The notes beneath the pieces are model-generated. The model ran no database searches. It was not told where the DNA came from and saw nothing but the letters and a program-made list of their open reading frames with translations. 64,000 bases of DNA from Deltaproteobacteria bacterium (GTDB lineage Bacteria > SAR324 > NAC60-12). Below, piece by piece: positions 46,781-56,925 of this stretch. The stretch lies in the NCBI GenBank assembly GCA_002683655.1, contig NYTS01000021.1, positions 32,966 through 96,965 on the forward strand. The letters are read 5' to 3'. How positions within the stretch are numbered: the stretch's first letter is position 1; each line of letters starts with the position of its first letter. Both the position numbers and the translations under genes were made by a program.

Positions 46781-47389
46781 TTAAAAAAGAGAGGGCTGTT
46801 GGGCAGGAGGAAGTTTTTCCGGTGTAAGTGATAATGGAAGTTCAGGAGCCCGAAGTAGCCTTTCTAACTCTGAAGGTGGATTTGACAGCCAACGAGGAAC
46901 TTGGGCTGACTGAAGCAGAAGCGGCATCCGATGGTGGATCTGTTCACATTGAGGGGTGGGATGAGTCGTTAGGGTCACAAGTTGGCTCGGGGTGACGCTT
47001 TCGCCAAACCAGATGCCAGCCATAAATAATGGCGATTCATCTGGGGCATGAAAGCGGAATTTCTGTTTTTGACCACTCTCTTCAAAAATTTTCCATTCAT
47101 ACCAACCACTGCAGGGAATCACGCAGCGCCTGGATTCAAAGGAATCACGGAATGTCTGCTTGGTGGCAACTGTTTCGGCTTGGGCATTGATTAGTAGTTG
47201 TTTGCTCCAGGAGGGCTTTATCCCCCACTGCAAGCTGGTCTGGACAAAGCCAGTTGGAGCAGATAGCAAGGCATCAACTAGCTGTGTGGGATGTAGATCC
47301 CGATTCTCTTTTGTGTGCCAATCTACTCCAAAACCAGCTTTCACAGCTTCGTTGATGTTGTTGGGTTGAATGTCAATCCGTCCACACAT
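46781..47389 (-). CDS. SOS-response-associated peptidase (SRAP/YedK family)
   Basis: N-terminal MCGR (catalytic Cys2), WGIKPSW and HHRMPLLL motifs. Confidence 0.85.
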   Translation of the reverse strand: MCGRIDIQPNNINEAVKAGFGVDWHTKENRDLHPTQLVDALLSAPTGFVQTSLQWGIKPSWSKQLLINAQAETVATKQTFRDSFESRRCVIPCSGWYEWKIFEESGQKQKFRFHAPDESPLFMAGIWFGESVTPSQLVTLTTHPTPQCEQIHHRMPLLLQSAQVPRWLSNPPSELERLLRAPELPLSLTPEKLPPAQQPSLF

Positions 47390-47523
47390 TTTTCTGCAAG
47401 CTATGGGGAGGCCAACTCAAAGGTGATTAGATGCTTACCTTCGCCAAGCAAGCAACCCTCTGTTGGCAAAGTCAGCGGATTACCTTCGAGCGTGTATTGA
47501 TGGTGATGGGGATTGGATAACAG

Positions 47524-49755
47524 TCATCCTTGACAGCCAGAAGGTAGAGTCACTCGATAAGTCACCCTTTGACCGTCCAGCACCCAGCTTGCTTCGATTC
47601 GTCCGTGACGACATTGGTGCCACATGGAGACAGGATTTAATCTGGGTAGGATCTGAGGATCCAACAAGACTTCATCAAAACCTGGTTTGTCTGCGGTAGG
47701 GCACACCCCAGCTACCTGCTCAAACAGCCACTGACACACAGCACCGTAGGCATAGTGGTTATAGCTGTTCATTTCTGGTGAGTAGATGGTTCCGTCTGGT
47801 GCGATTGCATCCCAACGTTCCCAGATTGTGGTTGCACCTCGCTCCACCTGATAGAGCCAACCCGGGACCTCACGATTCAGAAAGACATTTTCGGCAAGAT
47901 CTAAGAATCCCACTTTTGTGAGCGCTGGTAACAAGGCTGGGGTACCAATGAAACCAGTACCAATCAGATAATTGGCATCTTCTATGGTTTTTCGGAAGTA
48001 TTCCTTCGCGGATTCGTATTGAGCATCTGGTACAAGATCATAGAGGAAAGCAAGGGCGTAGGAGGTCTGGTCGTTATGGGCCAATCGCCCGGATAGACTG
48101 AAATACTCATGAACAAAAGCTGCCCGTATTTCTTCAAGTCGACCAGACAAGTGTTGAACAGCTTTGTCTTCTCTGAGGACTTGGGCAATTTTTGTGGCCA
48201 ATTGTGTTGAAATGTAGTGGTAAAAGGTAGCAGCACAGTCATCGGAAATCGTGGATCTTGGCTTTCGATTATCACCAACGGGCTGCAGCCAAACTCCAAA
48301 AGTCCATCCCTCACCAAACACGCTATCATCATACCAGACATTTGAAGGGTGAATAATTGGTCCATCTGAAATGTTCCAAAGATAATTTAGCCACTTTACC
48401 ATGGCAGGGAAACATTGTTTCAGTAGGCTGGTATCCCCATAATGGAGATAATGCTGCCAAGGAATGACGGTTATTGCATCCCCCCAACCGGTTGAGCCAG
48501 CCCAATCACAGCGAATTTTCTCAAGATGAAGAAGAGTTGGGTCGGGAGTGAAATACGGCAGAGAGCCGTTACTGCGCTGATCGTGCATCAAATCAAGTAA
48601 GTATTTTCTAAAGAATCGATCGCTGTCCGCCAGCCAACAGGCAGTTCCGGAAAAAACTTGAGCATCTCCTGTCCACCCAAGGCGTTCATCTCGCTGCGGA
48701 CAGTCCGTAGGAACCTCAATGAAATTTCCACGTTGGGACCAGATGGTATTGAGGACTAATCGGTCCACCAGTTCCTCACCAGAAACAAATCCTGCTGCAG
48801 TCTCTGGTAAAGAGCTGATTGGAATAGCTGTCACCTCCAGAAGCTTAACAGTAGAAGGGAACTCCAGACGGGCATAACGGAATCCCATAAAGGTGAAGAT
48901 CGGTGACCAACTCTCTGGTCCACCCTCCCTTGAGTGTGTATTCTGCCGCAGCCCTAGCATCCCGATAATTACGGTTGTCGAAGAAGCGCTCTGGCCCTAG
49001 TACTTCAGAATGTTCAATCTTGATTTTGTCACCTTCATTTCCTTGTACTTTTATGTGGACATAGCCGGCTATATTTTGACCAAAGTCCAGAACTATTCGA
49101 CCAGATTCATCATCCCAATGATTAATTGGTGTGAGTGCATTCAGTTCTCTCACTGGGTCTATTTCATGGGGTACTAACTTGTTCGTTTCAAAGTCCAAAA
49201 CCTCCACACCATGACCGGCTTTTAGTTCGAATCGTGCATCATGATCTTCACCGTAGTAGATCCCGTTGCACATGATGGGAGTATGGCCAGATTGCCAGGT
49301 GCTATCCGTTTTCAGCACCAGGTCACCCTCAAAAACAATCTCAGCGATTGCCCCAATCCGATCACCCCAGCAATTGATAATCTCACTTTGCTTCCACATG
49401 ATGGGGGAGCGATACCATCCATCCCCCAACCAAACCTCAATAGTATTGCTGCCAGGCTGAATCAGTTCTTCGAGTGAGTATTTTGGTAGGCAATGCGTTG
49501 ATCGTAGCAGGTCCAACCAGGGGTCAATAAATCATCACCAATGCGCTGGCCATTGAGGTAAGCGCGATACAGACCCAAGGCGGAGATGAATAGATGGATA
49601 TTTTTGGGTTCTCCTTCCCAAAAGAACTCCTTTCTGAGGAATGTTCCTTGAGTACCTTGGCCGCCATCACAAGTGGGAGATATCATCTGGGCGGACCATG
49701 GTCGTGAGCTAAGAAAAACGCGATCTGTCATGATTGATGTCTCCTGTATCTTCAT
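47524..49755 (-). pseudogene. GH78 alpha-L-rhamnosidase split into three ORFs by two frameshifts
   Basis: ORF 49462-49755 (ISALGLYRAYLNGQRIGDDLLTPGWTCYDQRIAYQ), ORF 48845-49516 (YSLEELIQPGSNTIEVWLGDGWY...) and ORF 47524-48960 (...TFMGFRYARLE...DCPQRDERLGWTGD...) are consecutive GH78 segments in different frames. Confidence 0.8.
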
Positions 49756-49813
49756 AGATTGATTTGTCAGGATGTCCTTTGATGATTATCCACTTTTTGA
49801 CAGTTTCACCTGC

Positions 49814-50551
49814 TCAGTTTGTTGGAAATGATAAGCGCAGTTTCCAGAGTTCTTCAAAAAATGGTAGGGCTTCTTCTTCCAGATCTGCGTAGCGGCCTTG
49901 AAGGGATTCCCCCAAGTTGTTGGGTGGGCCAAATCCGGTGCTGTCATGGACCTTGGCGTACCAGAATAGTGACCAAGGACCATCATAGGGCTTTGGTCCT
50001 TTCTCCCAATGAAACATTGCTTCAACGGGTGGGAGTTCAAGTGCTGCACAGATTTTGGAGAATGCCAGAGTAGGGTTGCCAAGCATTTCGTCACTGTCGA
50101 CAATAATTTTGGGTCCTGGAAAGTCACCGAGTAACTTCCATTGTTCAACCTGTTCTTCAATCCCGATGTCGGCTAGTCCAACATGGGGCCAGACTTTTGC
50201 GAAGGAACGAATCACCTTCCGTGGATGCCTGATCCAGAAGATATGGGCTGCATCGTATGCCCAGTCCCAAGGCATCTCTACCATGTGATGGGCCATGTTT
50301 TTTAAGTACAACTCAGCAGAGCCCTGTTCGCAGTGGCACTGAATTCGTTCAACTGATGCTTCAACAGAATTCGAAATCTGAGCAAGGATTTGGTCTCGAC
50401 CCGGATGTTCCAGTCCGGTCCGTTGGAGGTATGGACCGTAAAAAGGTTCATCAATAACAGCACACCCCGGTCGTTGCGCAAAGCTGTACATCAGGGCTGT
50501 GCTGATGTTACGTGGACCGGAGATACCGTGAATCACTCGAGTTTGCGGCAT
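49814..50551 (-). CDS. Hypothetical protein, P-loop sulfotransferase-like
   Basis: The degenerate P-loop-like N-terminus (VIHGISGPRNISTALMYSFAQR...VIDEPFYGPYL) is reminiscent of an uncharacterised sulfotransferase-like family. The assignment is weak and from memory only. Confidence 0.3.
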   Translation of the reverse strand: MPQTRVIHGISGPRNISTALMYSFAQRPGCAVIDEPFYGPYLQRTGLEHPGRDQILAQISNSVEASVERIQCHCEQGSAELYLKNMAHHMVEMPWDWAYDAAHIFWIRHPRKVIRSFAKVWPHVGLADIGIEEQVEQWKLLGDFPGPKIIVDSDEMLGNPTLAFSKICAALELPPVEAMFHWEKGPKPYDGPWSLFWYAKVHDSTGFGPPNNLGESLQGRYADLEEEALPFFEELWKLRLSFPTN

Positions 50552-50577
50552 GTCCGGACCCTAGAGATCACTCGAAA

Positions 50578-51489
50578 TCACTTGCCCCAACTCAATGCAA
50601 CGGGGTTGAGAGGCTGAAGCAACTCTAGCAAGCCAGTCTTGGTTTGTGGATGTAAGGGAGGTATAGGGTGCCTGCAGAAGGATGATTGAATGACTCCACC
50701 CTCCTCCATCACTACCTTGGTCGCCCGGAAGCCGCATTGTCGATTTTCGAAGTTGATAGCTGGTAAAACCCGTGCGTAGGCAGAGGCAGCCTGATCTGGT
50801 TTGCCAGCTAGGAAATGCTCGATGACAGGTTTGATCTGATCGGGAATCATTGCAGAAGTCATCGAACCACTGGCTCCCGCTTGCAGGTCAGCCATCAAGG
50901 TGATGGCCTCTTCTCCGTCAAAGGGGCCCTCAATCGCCTCTCCTCCTTGTTCAATCAGTGCACGCAACTTGTTGGCAGCCTGGGGACACTCAATCTTGAA
51001 GAGCTTAACCATCTCAATCTCTCGAGCCATCCGCACGAGTAACGGAACCGAAAGCTCTACACCTGACAGCGGGGCATCCTGGATCATGATCGGTATGCCA
51101 ACTTCTCCAACTTTAACGAACTGTTCAAACGTCTGATCTGGAGTTCCCTTGAGGAGCGCACCGTGATAAGGGGGCATCATCATCACCATGGCTGCTCCCA
51201 GTTCTTTACTCAGACGAGCTCGCTGCAGGACGATGTGAGTGGCGTAGTGGCTGATCGTGGCGATTACGGGGACTCGCCCTGCAACATGCTCCAAGCTCAG
51301 TTGGCTCAGGGCTTCACGTTCAGCATCCGTAATCAAAAATTGTTCGGAGAAGTTTGCCAGGATACAAATGCCATCGACACCCTGATCGATCATACAGTCC
51401 AGCACTCGTTTCATGCCCTCATAATCAACCTCCCCATTGGAGTGGAAAGGGGTTGGAGCGACAGGCCAGATACCGGAATATTTGCTCAT
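50578..51489 (-). CDS. Dihydrodipicolinate synthase/N-acetylneuraminate lyase family aldolase (DapA-like, not canonical DapA)
   Basis: TIM-barrel DHDPS-family pattern (MMPPYH Tyr segment, FKIE Schiff-base Lys segment). The canonical GTTGE is replaced by ANFSE. Confidence 0.7.
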   Translation of the reverse strand: MSKYSGIWPVAPTPFHSNGEVDYEGMKRVLDCMIDQGVDGICILANFSEQFLITDAEREALSQLSLEHVAGRVPVIATISHYATHIVLQRARLSKELGAAMVMMMPPYHGALLKGTPDQTFEQFVKVGEVGIPIMIQDAPLSGVELSVPLLVRMAREIEMVKLFKIECPQAANKLRALIEQGGEAIEGPFDGEEAITLMADLQAGASGSMTSAMIPDQIKPVIEHFLAGKPDQAASAYARVLPAINFENRQCGFRATKVVMEEGGVIQSSFCRHPIPPLHPQTKTGLLELLQPLNPVALSWGK

Positions 51490-51640
51490 TTGAGAACCTC
51501 AGTAAAATAGTTAGGAAGAATGAGAATGAAATTTGAAAATGACTTATAGTGGAAAGAAAGTAGAGAGACGAGTCTAGTATTTGAATTCTTTACAAACCTC
51601 CTGCATATCATCAACAAACGGAATCCATCGTTAGAGGAGA

Positions 51641-51871
51641 ATGGCGCAGCTCAAAGTAGTTTATCAAGGGAAGGGAGCCAATCTGGTTGGTAAGGCTTGG
51701 CGTTGTGGGGCAATGGGTGGAACCTGGGAAGAAGGGCCTGAAGAGGGTCAGGTGGTTGTCTCTCTGCAGGTGCAAGATCGCAATTACCAACCGTTGTTAG
51801 CTTCTCTGCGAGATGACCCGAATGTCGTTGAGATTTTGGATGGTCCACCAAAGTCTGCAGAGTCCTCATGA
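51641..51871 (+). CDS. Hypothetical 76-aa protein, opposite strand inside a co-directional cluster
   Basis: It is the only sizeable ORF in the 383-bp gap. Composition is protein-like, but the SD spacing is poor and I recognise no family. Confidence 0.2.
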   Translation: MAQLKVVYQGKGANLVGKAWRCGAMGGTWEEGPEEGQVVVSLQVQDRNYQPLLASLRDDPNVVEILDGPPKSAESS

Positions 51872-51872
51872 G

Positions 51873-53042
51873 CTAGTACAATAGCTTCTTCAAGGCTTCA
51901 ATTAGGCACTGACCATCGGCCGGGGTGTTGTAACCTTGAATTGAAATGCGAGCAATACAATGGTCTTCCCAGCGAAAGACTGGAATCTCGATTTGAAATT
52001 CATCATAGAGCCGATTCTTAACCTCTATCACATCACAGTCTGGCAAAGGTAGGGCAACCATCTGCATGCCAGCCCTTAGTTCGTGCTCTACCAGGGGATT
52101 CAAGCCTGTAATACCAGACCACTCCTCAGCAATTTCCCAAACCAATCGGTGACAAGCTTTTTTGACTTCTGACCATTGATTTTTTTCCAGAAACTCAATG
52201 GCTGCTGGAATTGCCAGCAGAGAGGCTAAATCTCTTGTTCCCTGAAACTCCAGTGAATCAATGAACCGAGAATTGCCAAGAGCCCCGTCTCCCTCAGCTT
52301 CAGGATTCCAGCCATGACTGACCACGAGTGGCTCAATCAGATGTTGTACCCGAGGGTGAACATGCAAAAAAGCAGATCCCTTCGGAGTAAGCATCCACTT
52401 GTGGCAGTTGCCGGAGTAGAAGTCTGCATCAAGTTCATCCAACTGAAGTGGGACATGACCCGGAGCATGAGCACCATCGATGACCGTCCAAATGCCATCC
52501 TCCTTAGCGCGCTGAATCAACTCTTCAATCGGGAGGGTAAGAGCTGTCGCTGAGGTTAGGTGACTCAGAAAAAGAATCTTAGTTTTGGGTGTTACCTTGG
52601 ACCAGATGGCTTCAGTGAATTCAGCGGCAGAAGTTAATGGAAGCGGAACATCAGCATGAATGTACTTTGCCCCAGTCTTGCGAGCAATGAAGGTCCAGGT
52701 TTTTTCAAGCGCACCATATTCGTGGTCTGTCGTTAGGATTTCATCCCCCTCTTTCAGAGGGAGTGACCTCGCAACAATGTTTAATCCTGTGGTTGCATTG
52801 GTTACTCCCACCAGATTATTCGGATGTGAACCAACAAAGGTGCCCAGTTGTTCTCGAACATTACGAATCAACTTTAGGCTTCTACGATGCTGGTCCATGA
52901 ACTCAACGGGCTGCTTTTCTAGTTCAAGTTGCCAAAATTGATAGTCTTCGAAAATTGGGCGTGGACAGGCCCCGAAGGATCCGTGATTTAGAAAGACAAC
53001 ATCGTCTCTCAACAAGAAGTGCTCGCGTAGGCCAAGAGCCAT
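51873..53042 (-). CDS. Class V PLP aminotransferase-fold enzyme (isopenicillin-N-epimerase / cysteine-desulfurase-like)
   Basis: FLNHGSFG N-terminus and SGNCHKW PLP-lysine motif. I prefer ATG 53042 (14 nt after the upstream stop) over 53084. Confidence 0.75.
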   Translation of the reverse strand: MALGLREHFLLRDDVVFLNHGSFGACPRPIFEDYQFWQLELEKQPVEFMDQHRRSLKLIRNVREQLGTFVGSHPNNLVGVTNATTGLNIVARSLPLKEGDEILTTDHEYGALEKTWTFIARKTGAKYIHADVPLPLTSAAEFTEAIWSKVTPKTKILFLSHLTSATALTLPIEELIQRAKEDGIWTVIDGAHAPGHVPLQLDELDADFYSGNCHKWMLTPKGSAFLHVHPRVQHLIEPLVVSHGWNPEAEGDGALGNSRFIDSLEFQGTRDLASLLAIPAAIEFLEKNQWSEVKKACHRLVWEIAEEWSGITGLNPLVEHELRAGMQMVALPLPDCDVIEVKNRLYDEFQIEIPVFRWEDHCIARISIQGYNTPADGQCLIEALKKLLY

Positions 53043-53056
53043 AAAGTCTTTCGTGT

Positions 53057-54058
53057 TTAGGTGTAAAGGTGGCAGGCAGTCCAATGTCCGGGTTTCGCCT
53101 CAGTGAACTGGGGAGCCTGAGTAGAACAGTCAATTTGCTTTGATTTAAGAACTTCCTGTTTACGGGGGCAACGCGTGCAGAAGGCACAGCCCTTCGGTGG
53201 ATTTTCCGGGCTTGGAACCTCACCTTCCAGCAGTACTCGATTTGCCTCGCGCTCTCGTTCTTTTTCAGGATCAGGGATTGGAATCGCAGAAAGCAGGGAT
53301 TGTGTGTAAGGATGAAGCGGATTTTCGTAAATGGAATTACTATCGGTTAATTCCATCACCTTACCCAAATACATCACAGCCATCCGATCACTGATGTGCC
53401 GAACAACGGCAAGGTCATGGGCAATGAACAGATAGGTCAGTTTTAATTGGCTCTGCAGATTTCTCATCAAATTGATGATCTGTGCTTGGATTGAAACATC
53501 CAAAGCAGAGATCGGCTCATCAGCAACAATGAAATCGGGTTGTGCCGCCAGAGCTCGGGCGATTCCAATCCGTTGCCGCTGTCCACCGGAGAACTCATGT
53601 GGATAACGGTCGGCAAACTCCCTGGTCAGACCCACCATCTCCAGTATTTTCTCAACTTCAGCACGGATCTCAGAGCGGGGATGCAATTGATGGATGTACA
53701 TTGGTTCACCAATGATATCGGCGATTTTCATCCTCGGATTCAGCGAGGCATAAGGATCTTGATAGATCATCTGAAAGCGATTGCGCATCTTGCGCAAGGC
53801 CTTTCCCTCCAACTGCACCAAATCTGTTCCGCGATATTGAACAGTGCCTGCTGTGGGCTTGTAGAGTTGCAAAATACTGCGACCTAAGGTGCTTTTACCG
53901 CACCCGCTCTCGCCGACAAGTCCGAGTGTCTCCCCTTCAAAAACGTCCAGACTCACATTGTCGACCGCTTTGACCACTCGTTGAGGCCTCTTGAGGAATC
54001 CCGAAGCTTGACCAAAGTGCATTGACAAATTTTTCACTTGGACGAGTGGTTCAGTCAT
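53057..54058 (-). CDS. Peptide/opine-type ABC ATP-binding protein (OppF/DppF-like)
   Basis: GESGCGKST, FSGGQRQRI, IVADEP and a C-terminal oligopeptide-ATPase extension with Cys residues. Confidence 0.9.
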   Translation of the reverse strand: MTEPLVQVKNLSMHFGQASGFLKRPQRVVKAVDNVSLDVFEGETLGLVGESGCGKSTLGRSILQLYKPTAGTVQYRGTDLVQLEGKALRKMRNRFQMIYQDPYASLNPRMKIADIIGEPMYIHQLHPRSEIRAEVEKILEMVGLTREFADRYPHEFSGGQRQRIGIARALAAQPDFIVADEPISALDVSIQAQIINLMRNLQSQLKLTYLFIAHDLAVVRHISDRMAVMYLGKVMELTDSNSIYENPLHPYTQSLLSAIPIPDPEKEREREANRVLLEGEVPSPENPPKGCAFCTRCPRKQEVLKSKQIDCSTQAPQFTEAKPGHWTACHLYT

Positions 54059-54061
54059 GGT

Positions 54062-55033
54062 TCATAATTTCCCTGCATGATGACACCAAACCTCGTGAGT
54101 GGTCGAGATAGATTGCTTCTCAGGAGGAGTCTGGCATTGCTCTGTTTTGTAAGAACAGCGCTCGAGAAAAGGACAGGAAGTGGGGTAGTGAATCAGATTG
54201 GGTGGAAGTCCTTCAATTGCTTCGAGAGGTTTTTCAGAACGAGTGTCCAGCCTCGGCAAAGAATTCAGGAGTCCTTTGCTGTAAGGATGCTGCGGCGTTT
54301 TGAAGAGTTGATCAACAGGGGCAAACTCCACAATTTTTCCTGCATACATTACGGCGACTCGATCTGCCAGACCGGCAACGATCCCCAGATCATGTGTGAT
54401 CCAGATCACGGACATCCCAATCTCTCGACACAGTCTCTTGACCAGATCAATAATCTGGGCCTGAATGGTCACATCTAACGCGGTTGTTGGTTCATCGGCA
54501 ATCAAAACGGATGGCTCACAAGCGAGTCCAGCAGCAATCATGATTCGTTGTCGCATACCCCCGGAAAATTGATGGGGGTAATGACGATAACGTTTCTCTG
54601 CTTCAGGGATGCCTACCAGTGCTAACAGTTCAATCGCCCTACCTTTAGCGACCTTTTCTGAAATTCCCTGATGTTCAATGATCGATTCCTGGATTTGATC
54701 GCCGATTCGCAAGACAGGATTCAGGGAAGTCATTGGATCCTGAAAAACCATAGCAATTCGATTTCCCCGCATCTCTCGCATCTCTGCATCACTCAACTGG
54801 AGGAGGTCTCGACCTTCAAAGTGAACACTCCCTTGGACTTCGCAATCACGAGTTGGGATCAGACGCAGCAGCGAGAGTACACCAACACTCTTGCCCGAAC
54901 CACTTTCGCCAACAATCGCCAGAATCTCCTGTTTGCCCAGGCTGTAACTGATTCCATTGACAGCCTGCACAACCCCATCTGGTGTGGGGAAGTGAACGTG
55001 GAGATCTTCGACTTCTAACAGGGCCTCATCCAT
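54062..55033 (-). CDS. Peptide/opine-type ABC ATP-binding protein (OppD/DppD-like)
   Basis: GESGSGKS, FSGGMRQRI, LIADEP. ATG 55033 lies 2 nt after the permease stop, so the ORF-track start at 55150 is an out-of-context extension. Confidence 0.9.
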   Translation of the reverse strand: MDEALLEVEDLHVHFPTPDGVVQAVNGISYSLGKQEILAIVGESGSGKSVGVLSLLRLIPTRDCEVQGSVHFEGRDLLQLSDAEMREMRGNRIAMVFQDPMTSLNPVLRIGDQIQESIIEHQGISEKVAKGRAIELLALVGIPEAEKRYRHYPHQFSGGMRQRIMIAAGLACEPSVLIADEPTTALDVTIQAQIIDLVKRLCREIGMSVIWITHDLGIVAGLADRVAVMYAGKIVEFAPVDQLFKTPQHPYSKGLLNSLPRLDTRSEKPLEAIEGLPPNLIHYPTSCPFLERCSYKTEQCQTPPEKQSISTTHEVWCHHAGKL

Positions 55034-55035
55034 AT

Positions 55036-55911
55036 TCACACCCGAATCTTTTGTTTGGGGTCCAGTGCATCTCGTAAGCCGTCTCCCAGAAAGGAAAAGC
55101 CCAGCATGGTTAGAGCAATGGCTAACGTGGGCAATAATGCGAGATGCCAATAGACCTGAACATAGGCATTGCTGGCCCCAACCATTTTCCCCCAGCTCGC
55201 AATTGGATCGTTGACGCCCAATCCTAAAAAACTCAGTCCAGCTTCCGCAAAAATCGCCGTTGGGATCCCTAAGCTAACGGCAATCAGTATCGGACTCATG
55301 GCGTTAGGTATTAGATGTCGGAAGAGGATGCGCCATTCCGATGCACCGATGCCTCGAGCAGCAGTACAGTATTCTTGTTCGCGTAGCGTCAAGACCTGGG
55401 CCCGGGTGATGCGGGCAATGACAATCCAACTGCTGATGCTTAGAGCAACGATGATAGTCAGCATCCCTCCACCTAGGACGGAAATGATCAGGATGGTGAA
55501 GAGCAAGGCAGGAAAGGCAGTCATGATGTCAATGATTCTTGAAATCACAAAGTCTAAGGCTCCCCCAAAATAGCCTGCTAATGCTCCAATCGGTAGCCCG
55601 ATCAACAGCGCGATCATCTGCACAGAGAGGCTGACCAACATTGAAGTGCGCGCTCCGTAAATCAGACGACTCAGATAGTCACGACCGACCTCATCGGTAC
55701 CAAGTGGATGCTCTGGGTGATCAAAAGGCATCAGCAACACCCGATCAAAGTAGACTCGGTCGTAAGCAAAGGGGGAGAGCAGATCCGCAAAGAGTGCTAA
55801 GAACAGAATAAATCCCACAAGAAACAAGCCGATCAAAGCTAATCTATTCTGGGAAAAACGCCGAATGGCATCTTTCAGAAAGCTACGTCTGGTTGTTGTA
55901 GAGTTACTCAA
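55036..55911 (-). CDS. ABC permease (DppC/OppC-like)
   Basis: Polytopic protein with the family-typical GTDEVGRDYLSRLIYGAR segment. Confidence 0.85.
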   Translation of the reverse strand: MSNSTTTRRSFLKDAIRRFSQNRLALIGLFLVGFILFLALFADLLSPFAYDRVYFDRVLLMPFDHPEHPLGTDEVGRDYLSRLIYGARTSMLVSLSVQMIALLIGLPIGALAGYFGGALDFVISRIIDIMTAFPALLFTILIISVLGGGMLTIIVALSISSWIVIARITRAQVLTLREQEYCTAARGIGASEWRILFRHLIPNAMSPILIAVSLGIPTAIFAEAGLSFLGLGVNDPIASWGKMVGASNAYVQVYWHLALLPTLAIALTMLGFSFLGDGLRDALDPKQKIRV

Positions 55912-55919
55912 GGGTGGAT

Positions 55920-56885
55920 TTAGGAAAGCGATTTTGCGCCTAGACGAACCCGTGGGTCAATCATGGTGTAGGCGATGTCTGTCAGCAGATAAAGAATTCC
56001 CCAAAGAAACGCAACGAGGAGAAAGGTAGCCATGATCATCGGATAGTCCCTGTTCAGTGTACTTGTAACAAAGTACTTGCCGAGACCGTTGATGCGGAAG
56101 GTCGATTCAATGAAGATGCTCCCTGTGATCAGGTTGGGGATCTCAGTTCCAAGAGCAGTGACCATTGGGATCTGGGCGTTGCGGAAGACGTGTTTGCGCA
56201 TCACTTTGACCTCAGAGAGCCCCTTGGCCCTAGCTGTCCGGACATAATCTTCACCCATCACCTCGACTATGCTTGCCCGGGTGTAGCGGGCCACGATAGC
56301 CATCGGTGCAATCGCATAGGCAACTACGGGTAGGATCCAATCAGTACAGAAATACTTGTCGATCAAACATTGACCAGAAGAACCCCAGCCCCCCATGGGT
56401 AACCAGTCAAGGGATACGGCAAAGACCAGAATGAGCCACATCGCCACAACGAAATTGGGCACAGTGACTCCTAAGCTGGAAACAAAGGTGACTAGCGTGT
56501 CGATCCATGAGTTCTGGTGGTAGGCTGCGTAAACTCCAGCTAATATCCCAAAGCCAAAGGCAACAACAATTGTTGTTAGCCCCACTTGAACCGTGATGGC
56601 CCAGGACTTACTGATCAACTTGGCGACAGTCGTATGAGGGCGTTGGTAGGGAATACCGAAATCGAAGCGAACCGCATGGCTCATGTAATTGATGTACTGC
56701 TTCCAGACGGGCTGATCCAAGCCGTACTTCTTGAGAATGTTAGCCTTTGCAGCCGGAGGGAGGCGGCCCTTTCGTTCGTCGAATGGACCACCTGGAACGG
56801 AGTGCATCAGGGAAAAGACGATTACGGACACAGCAAGGAGAATCATCATCAGCGCAAGAATTCTCCCACAAATATAACCTAGCAT
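55920..56885 (-). CDS. ABC permease (DppB/OppB-like)
   Basis: MLGYICGRILALMMILLAVSVIVFSLMHSVPGGP N-terminus and YVRTARAKGL motif. Confidence 0.85.
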   Translation of the reverse strand: MLGYICGRILALMMILLAVSVIVFSLMHSVPGGPFDERKGRLPPAAKANILKKYGLDQPVWKQYINYMSHAVRFDFGIPYQRPHTTVAKLISKSWAITVQVGLTTIVVAFGFGILAGVYAAYHQNSWIDTLVTFVSSLGVTVPNFVVAMWLILVFAVSLDWLPMGGWGSSGQCLIDKYFCTDWILPVVAYAIAPMAIVARYTRASIVEVMGEDYVRTARAKGLSEVKVMRKHVFRNAQIPMVTALGTEIPNLITGSIFIESTFRINGLGKYFVTSTLNRDYPMIMATFLLVAFLWGILYLLTDIAYTMIDPRVRLGAKSLS

Positions 56886-56925
56886 ATCGTCTTAACCCCA
56901 ATCAGGTTTGATTCTGGATTCCCGT

